From contig OZ024743.1 of assembly GCA_964016885.1 (NCBI GenBank), positions 114,576,001-114,640,000 of the forward strand: a stretch of DNA of 64,000 bases, in the 5' to 3' direction. The stretch is from Eledone cirrhosa (lineage: Eukaryota). Under the pieces are notes generated by a model. It ran no database searches, was not told where the DNA came from, and saw nothing but the letters and a program-made list of their open reading frames with translations. Positions 26,305 through 40,096 of this stretch are shown in pieces. The first letter of the stretch is position 1. Every line of letters begins with the position of its first letter. A program made the translations under genes and the position numbers.

Positions 26305-26959
26305 GCACATTATATATATATATAAATATATATATATATACGCACATTATATATATATATATATATATATATACACTCACACACACACACATATATATAT
26401 ATACACACACATACACACACATATATATATATATATACACACACACATATATGCACAAATATATAGGCACACATACATACATGCATACATATATACACAC
26501 ACATATATATATATATACATATATACACATATTCACACATTCCTATTCCCACAGACAGACATTCGTATGCTGTGCTGTCAAATTAGAAATATGTGGAATA
26601 TGTATTGTAGTCTGAAAGAAAAGGTTTTAGTAGTAGCTTCAATTATTGCGAATACTATCATAAGTTTTATCTGCTTGACAAATCTGAGATTGAATACTTC
26701 GAAACTAGTGATCTATCTCTAACTTTGAAAAATATATAGACAGTAAAACTATTTTGTGTATAGTATTTGAATGAATTGAATCAATAATTGTATATGAATA
26801 GAATATAATCAATCTGTAAACAATAAGTCAAATGACATATAGTTTATATCTACGGTTCACATGATAAATGTCTGAAGTGCTATAAATGAATAAAGTAGGG
26901 AAATATCCTTAGACATCACGAAATAGGTATGTACACAAACATGTATACACACACACACA

Positions 26960-27138
26960 CAATTGTTTCTACTTTTGGCGCAAGGCCAGCAATTACCTAG
27001 TGCATTACTGGTACTTTATTTTATCGACCCCGTAAGGATGAAAGGCAAAGTTAACCTCGGCGGCATTTTAACCCAAAATGGAAAAGGCCGTAAGTATGCG
27101 CCAAAGCATGGCGTCCGACCCTCTACCGATACTGCCAA
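26960..27138 (-). mobile_element. tRNA-derived SINE
   Basis: Reverse complement of the 37070 family. Confidence 0.85.
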
Positions 27139-27216
27139 TACATACATAATATACATACATAGATACAAAATACACACACACACATATATACATACATACA
27201 TACATACATACATACA

Positions 27217-27252
<36 letters not shown>

Positions 27253-27439
27253 TAAAATAAGTAAGTCATGTTAAACATGTTAAATTTGGCTTCGTTTATT
27301 ATAAATTCTCTTCTATATATATTTCAATGTTTGACTTACTTATTTTACATTACTCCGGAGTAAAAAACCAACCTGCGTACTTCGTAGAGTGCTCCAACCT
27401 GCATACTGAGGTGTCGGTTAACAACCCACACCACAAAAA

Positions 27440-27478
<39 letters not shown>

Positions 27479-27480
<2 letters not shown>

Positions 27481-27829
27481 TATGTTTTCAAACAGCGAGC
27501 AAGTTTGAAATTAGAAAATAGAAGCTTTCACGGTATTTTTTTGACTAAAGAAATTTTAGCCTGATAGTGGGGTTTAGAACCCTCACAGAAATGGAAAAAA
27601 AATGAGTATTGACGTACATGGGAGTCGAACCCATCATACTTGCTAAGAATGTAGCTTCTAATTTGAATTTGAAAAGATGGGTGATGTGTTGGTGTAATGG
27701 TAGCACAGTGGTCTGGATAATCAAAGATGTAGGTTCGACTCCCATGTACGTCAATACTCATCTTTTTCCATTTCTCTGAGGGTTCTAAACCCCACTATCA
27801 GGCTAAAATTTCTTTAGTAAAAAAAATAC
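27479..27829. mobile_element. Asymmetric fold-back element carrying a tRNA-like module
   Basis: ~99 bp arms 27533-27631 and 27732-27829, a ~54 nt tail, and TA flanks. Confidence 0.8.
27683..27753 (+). tRNA. tRNA-like pseudogene (cloverleaf with A and B boxes, loop CTGGATA)
   Basis: Acceptor GATGTGT/GTACGTC, A box TGGTGTAATGG, B box GGTTCGACTCC, and T5 about 10 nt downstream. Several stem mismatches. Confidence 0.55.
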
Positions 27830-27841
27830 GATATATATATG

Positions 27842-28340
27842 TTTCTTTATTAGCCACAGGGGCACAAAAGAAGGGGACAAATACAAAGGGGGAAGTTTAC
27901 ATACAATAAAAACGTGTAAAATATTATCACAAATGCAATTTAAAAATTAATCGATTTTCCTCAATAGGGGGAGACATTACATATGGGTAACACATAACTC
28001 CGAAAAAAAATGTGCAACCCTCATCTCCAGGAGTACGAAGAGTTTGTACTCCTTTCCTCTCCTCCTCTTTTTCCTCAACCTACAGGCTGATATAGAGAGA
28101 AGGCCTATTCACTCGGGCCATTCTCGCCCCTTTCACCCACCTTTCATAAAACTTGCTGGGGTACAGCACCTCTCTCTCCATCCTGATTCTTCTTCCAAAG
28201 TGGTATTTGAAAAAAAGAATCAGTTGTTGGCCGGAGAGAAAGGTGTCTGACCTCAGCCCTTTCAATCTTGTCCACCATACAACCTATTTCGCCATAGCTA
28301 TCACACAAAGGAAAACCGCCTCTTCTTCGGATCTAGCTGT
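27842..28340 (-). mobile_element. Tx1/L1-like LINE 3' end
   Basis: AVFLCVIAMAK*VVWWTRLKG...FYERWVKGARMARVN is homologous to 46990-47230. Confidence 0.8.
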
Positions 28341-31300
28341 TTGTTGATTTATATATATAACAATATATATGTGTGTGTGTGTGTGTGGTATGTTGTGTGT
28401 GGTGTGTGTATGTGTGTGTGTGTTTATATCACCAAACATAACACTCCTCTAAACAGGTCAATTATATTTGTATAACTGTTTACTGGCTGTGTATAGTCAT
28501 TATATCAGATCTTTCATTTTTATTCTCTATATCTGGTTTTTAAATTTATTACCTTTTTTTTGTTATTAATCTTTCTCTTTAAATTTGTTTTCAAATATTG
28601 TTATATAGGTTTTATTTATATTCATTTTATTCAGATATGACAGCTATGATGTCCTTGTCTTATCTATACTCTCTGTCTAGATTCATATTTAAATATTTGT
28701 TAAGTATCAAACAACCTAATGGCAGGCTTGAAGCCCCACTAGAAAAACAAAATTTTAATCACAAGTTATCAAAAGCCGGTACTGTTGCACTCAGTGCTGA
28801 AAATAGAGCAATGAATGTTAATTTTATTTGTTTTTCGTTTTGTATATTGTTTAGAATGTTGTTGACTTGGCGAAGTCGTTAGAGCGTTAGATATTTGTTC
28901 CGGGTCACCAAGTTGTGTTCCAAACCCACGAAGTTTAACTTTGCCATTCAACCATTTGGGTTTAATAAAGAATGCACTAGCTCAATTATGTGCCACCCCT
29001 CTCCCTTCTAGTGATCACATCCTGGATACTCAGTAGAATCAAAAGAAAGTGGATAGTCGATAGAGTGTCTGTCTGTGCCTGCTTGCGACAGCATGGGCAC
29101 TTACAACCTGCGTGAAAGAATAATCCATGTCATACTCGATTGCGAGTAACGGGTCTAGTGTTTTTTTTAATATTATTTAGCTCATTGCGACACGGTAATT
29201 ACATTGACTGACTGGAATGATATATGGCACTGGAATTGTTCTCTGTTACTGCACTAATGATACAGAAATAATTAATCTCTTAGCTATTAATAAGAACATA
29301 ACAGTTTGCCAGCATATCATGCTGGCAAAAGCCACATTTTCTGTTCTAATTGATGAAGTAATAAACCTGAATATTAAAACCACCGTAATAGTTTATTTGA
29401 AACATAAAAGTAATAAAGGGCTGCAACCATTGTTAAGTATACACTGAAATGTCTCATCAACCCGGCATTTGATAGTATTTATATAAAACAATCTTGTAGT
29501 ATTTGCAAGTGAATAGACGAGCGGAATGCTTTGTGCTGCAACAAACTTACACTGCTGAATATTTAGAACTTGCAATAGGTAATTCGGAGAGAGAAGCTTA
29601 TGAATTAATCATTTTAAATCAATTATTATTACATCTAAATAAAAACGAAAGATTAACGAATCGTAAATGAATATATCTTTCTTTGGGATCACAGGTTTCC
29701 TGAAAGCCCTCTCTACTTAAGTTAACATTCACGACCACAGATTTAATCTAAAAGTTTGTCTTAAACCAGGAGGCCCTGTAAGCCGGTCTTTATCTTGGTT
29801 TCATGGCGTGAATCGACTGAGAGTAGAAGACTGCCCCACGGACAGGACGCCAGTCCATTGTTCGGTGTCGATAACAGGGAATGTTAAAGGACTACGGTGT
29901 GTGATAATTATTTGTTAAAGTTCGTCATCGTAATGGTAGCACTGATGATATTGGTATTGGTGGTGATGATGTCGGTAGTAGTAGTTGTGACATTTTTTTA
30001 TTGGTTCATAAAATACTTTACGATTATTTGGAGAATTATATACCAAAATGAATTTTGTTCAATCCACATATCGTATTTTTAACATTTTTCATATTAACAT
30101 ATACTATACTTTTAAAACTTATTTAAGCTCATCAAAATCAATCAAGAATAGTTCTTTCTGTTGGTGTTGAGTAAGACTGAGTAGATCATAAAGGAACATT
30201 ACTTATGAAAATTCAATTTAGAAAAGAGGCCTGTCAACGTGGGACTAAGCCCAATATATTAATGTAATACTGGAGATATGTATAATTATAGTTAATATAT
30301 ATTCAATGTATGCATCTGTACTTTAGACTGATTTTAGGGTGAAAATAAATATGTCATGCCTACAGCGGAATTTTCACATTCAAACTGGTAAGTAAATTAT
30401 TTCTAATGTAGGTTCAAATTTTGGCGGAGAAGAAAATTTATTAAATTTACCTATCTGATAGGTACACCGAAAGATGGAAAGCTGAAGTTGACCTCGGCTG
30501 GATCAATAAGTAATTACATAAACTCTATCTTATTCTTGTCTCAGTAGCAATTCATTAAACAACACCGATGACTGATAAAAAACCAGAAACATTGTATATA
30601 AGAATATCATATATGTCTTCATATACACCTCTATTATGAAGCACGCCATGTTAATATTACTTGCAATTAATCCCGGACAGTCAAGATGGCATTATATGCA
30701 AATGAGTTCAAATCCCGCCGAAGTTAACTTTGCCTTTCATCCTTACGGGGTCGATAAAATAAAATACCAGTAATGCACTGGGTAATTGCTCGTTTTGTGC
30801 CAAACGTAGAAACAATTATATGCAAATGAGTACCTCCAGCCGATATTTCATTCGCACTGTATGCAAATGAACATCTGTAGCCGATGTTTCATTCGAAAAA
30901 ATGTGTATAAGCTATAGCTTACTTTTGTCTTAGTATCGAGTGAGTAAACATCACCGACGGCGGATAAAAATCTAGAAGTATGTGTCCGATGTTCCCATAC
31001 AGCTACTAAGATAGCTTTTACATGACCACAGCTTAAAGAATTCATAGCGTGGCTCTTGTATGTTTTATTATACACATACATAATCATTTATATAGGCCCC
31101 TATAACTCAGATAAACATATAAAAGTACAAACACAAACAGATATGCAGCTGTTAAAAAATTAATGTTTCCATCTGGGGTTTTCAAGACCACAGCGTATAA
31201 ATTGTAAAACCTATTCCTCGGAGCAAATTCAGTTATTCCTTTCTGACAACCGACGCCGCCCAATCATTACTAGCTTCCTCGAAGATAAGTTTCAATATAG

Positions 31301-31651
31301 CAATCATTACGTTTCCTTATGTGTTAGTATAGAAATAAAAGAATGATGATTATATAGTAGTCGCATAAGTATCGTAGCACAAGAGATATGATATCTTTAA
31401 AGAGAGAAACGGGAGTATTAATTTATTGTCAGATTTCACATAACTTTGGAACATTTAAAAAATGGCGACTGTTTCAGACACACAGGTGTGTATGTAGAGG
31501 GAGAAGTGTGAGATGAATGAGACGGTAGGGGAGAAAGAGAGGAACAAAAGAGATATAATGAGAGAGGCAGGGTATTATATATATGTAACTTTGGTAACTT
31601 CGACAGGTTTCGGTCAGTATTGGCACACGCCATGATTAACTTAATATCAGT

Positions 31652-31684
<33 letters not shown>

Positions 31685-31788
31685 AGTTAGAGAGAGAGAA
31701 AATGAGAGATAGAGAGAGAGAGAGAGATAGAGAGAGAAAGAAAGAGAAAAAATTAAAGAGAGAGGGAAAGAGAGAAAGAAAAAGAGAG

Positions 31789-31825
<37 letters not shown>

Positions 31826-31950
31826 AGAACTAAGTTGTACTTAAAACATTTTTATTTTACATATGTTTCAATGTAAAGCGGTGGGCCATATCACCATATT
31901 TACCAGGATCTATATTGGAAAACCCCCAATATCACCATAAATATATACAT

Positions 31951-32056
<106 letters not shown>

Positions 32057-32439
32057 TATGTATATATATATATTCCGTATATATATAAATATATATATGT
32101 ATATATATATATTCCATTTCTCACATGGCCATCGTTCGTGTCAGGTCTGTTTTCTAAAAGCGGTCATATATTCACCTAGCTTATGCTAAACAGAATAATT
32201 TTGAAGCTTGTTTCTTTCCCCTACGGTTAGCTATACTCTTTGTTGTTCTCCTGTCTCACTCGCTTTACGCGTTTCAATTGTCCTAATAACTTATTTTGGT
32301 TATTATTGCACCGACGTGAGGTATATGATTTTTAATGCAATGAAATATCTATGATCGTCGGCAAATCACTGATGAGGGACTCATTTTATTACATGTTATC
32401 CATGTGCTACCTGCAGTATTTTTCTCTATATTTTATTAT

Positions 32440-32493
<54 letters not shown>

Positions 32494-32496
<3 letters not shown>

Positions 32497-32618
32497 TAAT
32501 AATAAATTTCAAGACTAAAATCCAAAGAGGGCTCGATAAGGATAAATATATATCAAATATATAAGAACCGTAGAGCAAATATTCTTTGCTTAAACTTTAA
32601 TCTGTTATTTTAATAAAT
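32494..32618. mobile_element. Mini-insertion of the 4861 PLE family: inverted tail joined to the sense 3' end
   Basis: 32494-32580 is the reverse complement of the tail at 40542-40629. 32581-32618 is the sense terminus. Confidence 0.85.
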
Positions 32619-33395
32619 ATATATATATATATATATTATACAGGCATATTTATTTATTTCAAGGTGAAGCTTTCTTCTATCGCTACTTTGGGTTTCACGT
32701 TTCCAATTTTCTTAGTGGAAATGCGAAACATGAAGCAGTCACGGAAGAAAGCTTTCAGTTTCGAATGACTGAATAAATTCTGCCTACTATTTTCTTCTTT
32801 TTCTTTTCAAAATTCAAACACACACACACACACTTTCTCTCTCTCTACACATATTTTTCATACATGTAATCAAATATTCGGTGACTAGATAGGTCAGTTG
32901 CATGTATTTCAGTATATTCCCTCACATATCTTAAGAAAATCAGGTTTTACACTATATATACATTATCTCTCTGCATTCTCTTCCAAAAGTTCCTCCGTCT
33001 CACGCAAAAAAAAGATACAAAATAGTAAGAAAAAGAAAACTACGGACATTACACGAAAGAAAAAAAAGTGATTAAAAAAAAAAAAAAAAAAAATCACTAT
33101 ATCCTCGATGTGATTGATTTCTATTGATTATTTTAATTATCTTTGCAGTTCTAGACAGATATCAAAGAACATATGGTATCTATTCCAATCAAGTATCGCC
33201 TTTCATTCTTCATTATGCAAGTAACGCAAAAAAAAAAAAAATACAAGCGTCAAAAAACTAAATATATATTATAGCGAGCTTCTATATATAGCAATGACAA
33301 CTAAAACTATATTCAATTGAACTATACACCTCTCTCTCACTTATTCTCTCCCCTTTCTCTTTCTGTACTACAACTACTACTACTACTACTCACAC

Positions 33396-33447
<52 letters not shown>

Positions 33448-33566
33448 ATGTGTGTGTTTTCTCTGTAGCATGTGCATACATATAAATATATATATATATT
33501 ATATTTATATATATATATATATATATGTATGTGTATGTGTGTGTTTTCTCTGTAGCATATGCATAC

Positions 33567-33605
<39 letters not shown>

Positions 33606-33606
33606 T

Positions 33607-33637
<31 letters not shown>

Positions 33638-34522
33638 ATGTGTATGTGTGTATGTGTATTCTCTGTAGTATATGCATATATATATATATATATGTGTGTG
33701 TATGTGTGTGTGTATTCTCTGTATCATATGCATACATACATATATATATATATATAGTGCATACATTTGCAATACACAGGACGAACACCCATATAAGTAT
33801 ATACATACAAACGCACATACATACAACCTGTGCCCATATATATATACATATACATATATACACATGCATATAATCATACCTGTGTATATATATATATGTG
33901 TGTGCATATGTATGTATATGCATATATGCATGCATACATACATTTATAAATACGCACATACATACACGCATACATACATAAACACATATGCACAGGCACA
34001 TACATACACACACATACTCACATTATATTTACACACACATACATACAATCTCACTTACTAACTACGCTTTGGGCGTATATTTTCGGATTCAGGTTAATGT
34101 TTCAGAGAATGTTCTAGAATCAATCTTGATCAATTACACATCTGAACCTGCTCATAGATATTTTTGCTCCATTGCCTTCCCCCACAATGCCTTATATTCC
34201 TCACCCCCATAGCTACATCCACTGTTCCGTCAGAGCAGCTTCATTATAACTGCATTTGAATTTTCAGACGTAGCTGAAACAGCCTAGTTTTTGTTTTATT
34301 TTGTTACGAGACGAACTGCATAATATAGGTATATGACGATATGTCTTCTAAACATACAGTGTAAGATGTCGGTAGACGGCTTTTATCTCTCGATGGTGTG
34401 GTGGAGGCACTGTGTGACACATGGCATGACTTGGGCGTTCAAAACCTTGTGGAGATCTTCCACTCTCCAGGCTGTAACACAGTCAATTTCTTCCAGAGAG
34501 AGAGTGTGAGAGAGAGTGTGTG

Positions 34523-34597
<75 letters not shown>

Positions 34598-34795
34598 CGC
34601 GCGAAAGAGAGGGAGAGAGAGCGCGTGAAATTGAGCGAGAGAGAGAGCGCGCGCGAAAGAGAGTGAGAGAGAGCGCGTGAAATTGAGAGAGAGAGAGAGC
34701 GCGCGCGAAAGAGAGTGAGAGAGAGCGCGCGAAAGAGAGTGAGAGAGAGCGCGCGAAAGAGAGTGAGAGAGAGAGCACGAAAAAGAGAGCATGAA

Positions 34796-34826
<31 letters not shown>

Positions 34827-35548
34827 AAAGAGAGAGAGAAAGAGAGAGAGAAAAGAGAGAGAGAAAAGAGAGAGAGAAAGAGAGAAAGTATCAACCCTAG
34901 TATAGCACTAGTACTTTATTTATCGACCTCGATATGTTGTTCCCGGCGGGGCAAAAAAAGTCGATTCTGCCAACACTGCTGCCTTGATAAAAATAGACAA
35001 ATTACAACCATACATTATTGTTTTAAAAGTAGTCAATTATGGACCTTCGACATCGTCGACCCCTATAGCCTGATATAAATAGCAGCCAAATATCTCTCAA
35101 ATTATGTCTAACCGATTTGAAAGATATTTGGGTAATATGGCTCTAGATTCTCTGCGTCTGATATAAAAGTCGGTATGACCTAGACTAAAAGTTGTTGACT
35201 TGAATCTCAGTACAACACAAACGCCATCTTGAGAAAGAAAAACATTGAAATTTTGTTGTATATAAACAGAGAAATTTACAAAATAGCAGCCGTGATTAGA
35301 AGTCGGCGGATTAATTTGAAAATTGAATTAGTAAATTTTACCGTAATGTTTACTACAGAAAATAGTGGTGTTGATAACAGGGCGTATAAGCACTCAGATC
35401 AGAAGAAGATAGTTACCACTACGCCTGCTGATGCATATTAATCCGTTCTGGGTGCCTATACACCTTATTATATATACTATTTGATGTAAAAAAAAAAAAA
35501 AAAAATACGGCGAAAGTTACTAATTAAATCTTATATATAATATATATA

Positions 35549-35620
35549 TTGGGTTGTAACATAAATTCCCGCCGTTGTTATATAACTTCTTAATAAAAAA
35601 CGGCGGGAATTTATGTTACA

Positions 35621-35626
<6 letters not shown>
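35549..35626. mobile_element. Mariner-type MITE
   Basis: TIR gggttgtaacataaattcccgccgtt / aacggcgggaatttatgttacaaccc, in TA. Confidence 0.75.
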
Positions 35627-35657
<31 letters not shown>

Positions 35658-36037
35658 GAAAATATGGATTGAGGAAGGCGAGGCTGTGTGGTTACTGATA
35701 ACGAGTGTTAGATGGTAAGGCGACACAAGCAAGAGATGGACAGTTTCTCTTCGTCAGCTGTTTACTATGGGTCATGGATGTTTCGGCGCATTCATTATAA
35801 GCAGAACATCTATCCATAGGGCACCCATATCCTTTTATCTATCAAAAAGGCACGAGGGAAATAAGTGATAACGAATCGAGAGAAAGAAAGAAAGAAAGAA
35901 AATAGAATTAGGATTTAGCTTCAGGCATAGCTGTAAACAGATATGTATAGAAATTTCGTATTTCTAAGGAAATACCGTATGTTTACAGAATCGGAGTTAA
36001 CGCCCTCTGGTAGTGTCCAGCAGAAGCAATGGGAACA

Positions 36038-36081
36038 ATTGTCGATGCATTTCGAACTTAACTGGTCCTCATCAGGACGAT
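36038..36081 (-). ncRNA. Minimal type I hammerhead ribozyme
   Basis: Minus strand: atcgtc CTGATGA ggac cagttaa gttc GAAA tgca TC gacaat. Confidence 0.75.
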
Positions 36082-36289
36082 CCTCCCCACACTTACGACT
36101 GCTGGACTTGAAAACAGCCGAGAATATATAGTTTTCTCGACTGTATAAATGAGGTGATTAAAATTTAATATAGAAATGGCTGCTACAGGACTAGAACTGT
36201 TTCATTCATATAAACACAATTAGGACCCTTAATTGCCTAAATTTAATATAAACAGATTTAATCCAAACTTTGTGGTATGTTATGGTTCC

Positions 36290-36610
36290 ATAACTCCTGA
36301 TAGAGTGGTAGACGCGCCGTATGGACATACGGCGTTTCTTGGGCATTTTAAAGCCTGATGGAGCTCGTCCCTCTCCAGGGCTCAGTATAGCAGATTTCTT
36401 ACCGAGAAAGATAGTAAGTGAAGAGAGGAAATGATAGAGATATAGAGGAAGAATTGATCCCCAATACTAGACTGGTACTTTTTTATCGACCTCAAAAGGA
36501 TGAAAGGCAATGTTGGCTTTGGCGGGATTTGAACTCAGGGAGCAGAAAGCCAGACCGAATAACATAAAGCATTCTATCTGACGTGCCAACGACTCTGCCA
36601 ATTCGCCGCC
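36290..36610 (-). mobile_element. SINE with long 3' extension (also at 34385-34985, 38040-38342, 39455-39732)
   Basis: SINE body plus a shared ctctccagg...aatttcttcc agagaga segment in four copies. Confidence 0.65.
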
Positions 36611-37069
36611 AACCCAAACTTAATTATCCACAAACTATTAGATTTAATAATAACCGAAATATTTTATAATCCAGCGTTGCCCATTATATTTCCCTCCTTC
36701 TCTCCTATGCGCGTCAGTTTCTCTTCATAATTATACTGACTCTTTCAAGCATTATACAAGCATTCAAATGCAATTATTTATTAAGTTATCAGCAAAACGG
36801 AGTTAATAAACCTAGATTTTATCCTTTACTTAAACTAACCTTCACCAGCACCCAACCCGTGCTTTTCATCATTAAAAATATCACTAGGCTGCTAAACTTT
36901 ATATGAACACCAATACATAATTGATTACCACCATTAGCTACAAACATTAGCAAGCATTAATAAATCTATGTTTCCAGCACTTTCTGTTCGCTAAGACCAC
37001 GAGGTCGCGTGTACATTGGGTTCTGCACATCAAAGAACATTCTCACACTCCATTCGGGCTCGTATTATT

Positions 37070-37259
37070 GGCGGTGGATTGGCAGTATCGGTAGAGGGTC
37101 GGACGCCATGCTTTCCAGCAGAGTTACGTCCCTTTACGATCTGAATTCAAATCCCGCCGAGGTAAACTTTGCCTTTCATCCTTACTGGGTCGATAAAATA
37201 AAGTACCAGTAATGAACTGGGTAATTGCTGGCCTTGTGCCTAAAGTAGAAACAATTATT
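37070..37259 (+). mobile_element. Full-length tRNA-derived SINE (commonest family here; Nin/Deu-like central domain by recollection)
   Basis: A-box-like TGGCAGTATCGG, B-box-like ATTCAAATCC, core gcctttcatccttac.gggtcgataaaataaagtaccag, and attattg flanks. Confidence 0.85.
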
Positions 37260-37351
37260 GGTGTAGCGATGATTCCATATTCATTAAGTTTTTCATGTAT
37301 TCTTATACAGACCTTATACTTTGTGACCCCTTACTTGACATTAACTATTAC

Positions 37352-37518
37352 CAGACCTGCCACACTCTAAAAATCCAAATGGAGTACCATGAAGAAAGTG
37401 CCTGAAACGGGGAGAAATGAGGCAAAATGGGGAGATTTTACATAATGAAAGCTATACCCATTTTCACAATAGAAGACATCTCTCACCACCCCAAAGTTGG
37501 GTAGAGTAGACGGGTCTG
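37352..37518. mobile_element. MITE with CAGACC termini and apparent 6 bp TSD
   Basis: tattac|cagacctgcc...ggtctg|tattgc. An inverted homologue is at 42631-42817. Confidence 0.65.
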
Positions 37519-37668
37519 TATTGCTGCTTTGTTTAGACCTAATCTGTGATCATAATTTCCTGTATTAAATCCATATAATTCCAAGACTAACACCATGATA
37601 ACACCATGATATTTTACAGCAGTTTTTCTTCTTGTATATGATATATATGTATTTGTATATATACATAT

Positions 37669-38010
37669 AGAGTACAACCTCGGCTCACAAACTTAATTCG
37701 TTCCTGAAGGCAGTTCATCAACAGAAATGTTCGTAAAGAGAAAAACATTTCCCATACAAAATGTTGAGAGAGAAATACAGTGAGAGAGTGACTATGTATG
37801 AAAGACAGACAGATATCACTGTAGTAACTAACTAGACGGCAAGTGACGCTTTCCCACCGCTACTCACAGCTTGTCGCCAACAATTGTTTCCGGCTTGCAT
37901 GTTCGTTACTCGAGATAACATTCATCAACCGAGACGTTTTATGTTCGGAAGAATTGTTCGTGAACTGATTTGTTTGTGATGAGAGGCGTTCGTGAACCGT
38001 GGTTCCACTA
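37669..38010. mobile_element. Tigger/pogo-like MITE
   Basis: Imperfect TIRs agtacaacctcggctcacaaac / gttcgtgaaccgtggttccact, with TA flanks. Confidence 0.65.
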
Positions 38011-38344
38011 TGTGTCTATATGTATGTGTGCATGGAGCCGTAACTCCTGGTAGAACCGTAGAGGCGCTGTAGTGACATACGACGTTTCTTATGTATTTTA
38101 TAACCTAGCGGAGCACATTTCCTCTCTAGGTCTGAACACAACCAATTTCTTCTAGAGAGAGAGAGAGGAATTGAGAAAGTGATACTGGAGAAAAGTTAAC
38201 CCCAGTACTGGATCCGTAATTTTCATCGATCTTGAAAGGATTAAAGGCAACGTTGACCTCGGCGGGGTTTGAACTCAGAGAGCCGGCATGAATCATGCAA
38301 AACATTATCCGACTTTCCAACGACTTCGTCAATTCGCCGACTTT

Positions 38345-38561
38345 AATGATTTCTAGTATAGGCACAAACCAGGAAATTTTTTTTTGGGGGGGGGGAGTCA
38401 ATTAAGTCGATCCCAGTACGTTACTGGTGCTTTATTTTATCGACCCCGTAAGGAAAGGCAAAGTTAACCTTGGCGAGATTTGAACTCAGACCGTAAAGAG
38501 CCGTAACTGTGCTGCAAAGTATGGTGTCCGACTCTCTACCGATACTGCCAATCCACCGCCT
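38345..38561 (-). mobile_element. tRNA-derived SINE
   Basis: Reverse complement of the 37070 family. Confidence 0.85.
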
Positions 38562-38599
38562 TTAATAAGTATAATCCGCCTATAGTATTATTTTCTAAC

Positions 38600-38860
38600 A
38601 TGGTCATGCTTTTGTAAGTGTTGTACTCTGGCTACTTCATTGATTTCTAAGTACTTCAATGTCTGTGTTTGGTCTATTTATCTTATTTCTGCTTCTTTAT
38701 ATAGCACAACATTAGATTTCTTGATTAATTTCCTCTTTTCAAGTTTGCTTTGGCGATTTTTCCTAAACCGAATCACATATCAATTTTTCTAGTAAATATA
38801 TTTTACTGCCTGTACCAACATTTCCAGTTGTATTATATCTGAAGAGTACAGCTTATTGCT
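38600..38860 (-). mobile_element. R4/Dong-like LINE RT fragment
   Basis: FGLGKIAKANLKRGKLIKKSNVVL...IDQTQTLKYLEINE resembles the R4-clade FGLDKCAK..KRGK...YKYLG region. Confidence 0.6.
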
Positions 38861-40096
38861 GTCTAGCATTTCTATCCTGATCTTCGCTACTTTAACATAC
38901 TGTCTAGTGTTAATGAGCCTCCTCAAGACATACGGTTCTCCTAATAGAGATATATAGAGAGACGCGCGCGTGTGTGTGGTGTGGTGTGGTGTGGTGTGGT
39001 GTAGTGTGGTATGGTGTGTGTGTGTGTGTGTGTGTGTATTCTTCTGGTTTTATAATTTCACAATTTTTTGGCCACTAGAAAGAGAGCAGGTTTCTAACAG
39101 ATACAAGACTGATTGGAATTTACACAACATCAACTAGGTGGATATGTATGCATGCATGCGTGTGCAGGTATGGATGCTATTGTATGTGTGGATGTGGGTG
39201 TTTTGAGTTGTATGTGTGCATGTACATATGTAGTTATACGATGCAGAATTTTTGGAATGGTTTACATATGTTTACTGTTCCATTAATGGATTGTACTTGT
39301 AATTTCCTAACTAGTCATGTTCTTTCCATTTCTGGGAAGCCCAGCTTCTCAAGATTTGTATTGATGCAGTTATGTTGAAAGTACGTTTGTATATATGTAA
39401 TTGTATGTTCTAAATATATGATTAAAATTATATTTATATTTATGGACACATAATTCCTGATGGAGATGTGGAGCTACCTCTAAAGCCTGGTGACCCCTAT
39501 AATCTCTCCAGGTCTGAACGGTCAATTTCTTCCAGAGGAGAGTGAGTGAGAGAGTGGGGAAGTGAGAAAGAGATATAGAGGAAGAATCGGCACTGGACTG
39601 GTGCTTTATCAACCTCGACAGGATGAAGGCAAAGTTGTCCTCGTTGGGATCTGAACTCAGAGCGCAGAGAACAGGAGCAAATACCGAGGCATTTTTAATC
39701 CGGCGCCCTCAAGTTTGCTAATTTGCCGCCGCCTAACTGAAAACAGGACGAATGTCTATAATCATTATTGATTAAAAAAAATATCCCCCTCCCACCACAA
39801 ATAAAAGAACCCTCCAACAAAAAACAACAACCTGCACCCCAAGAGAAATTCTTAACCAAAACAGTTTAAATAAGCACAATTTGCATTGCTCGCTTTTTAA
39901 GCATTGCACTCATATTGCGATGGCCAATGTCATACCAATAGAACATACAAAACCAAAAGAAAATACTGTATGTATCAAAGCCGCTCAAAGTAGCCCTCAT
40001 TACAGTAAAACACGCTAGAAAAATAAGGTCTCTGAATATGATAGTAGTTGCTTCCAATGTAGGCACATGGACGGACATATATATATATATATATAT

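Noticed and set aside
27683-27753. Functional tRNA-Ser(GGA)
   Set aside because: It has mismatched stems, lacks the long variable arm of tRNA-Ser and lies in a repeat. Kept only as tRNA-like.
32340-32390. Permuted hammerhead (GAAA before CTGATGA; relatives at 41510-41550 and 59955-59996)
   Set aside because: The repeat is real, but I could not form stem I or stem III with a UH cleavage site.
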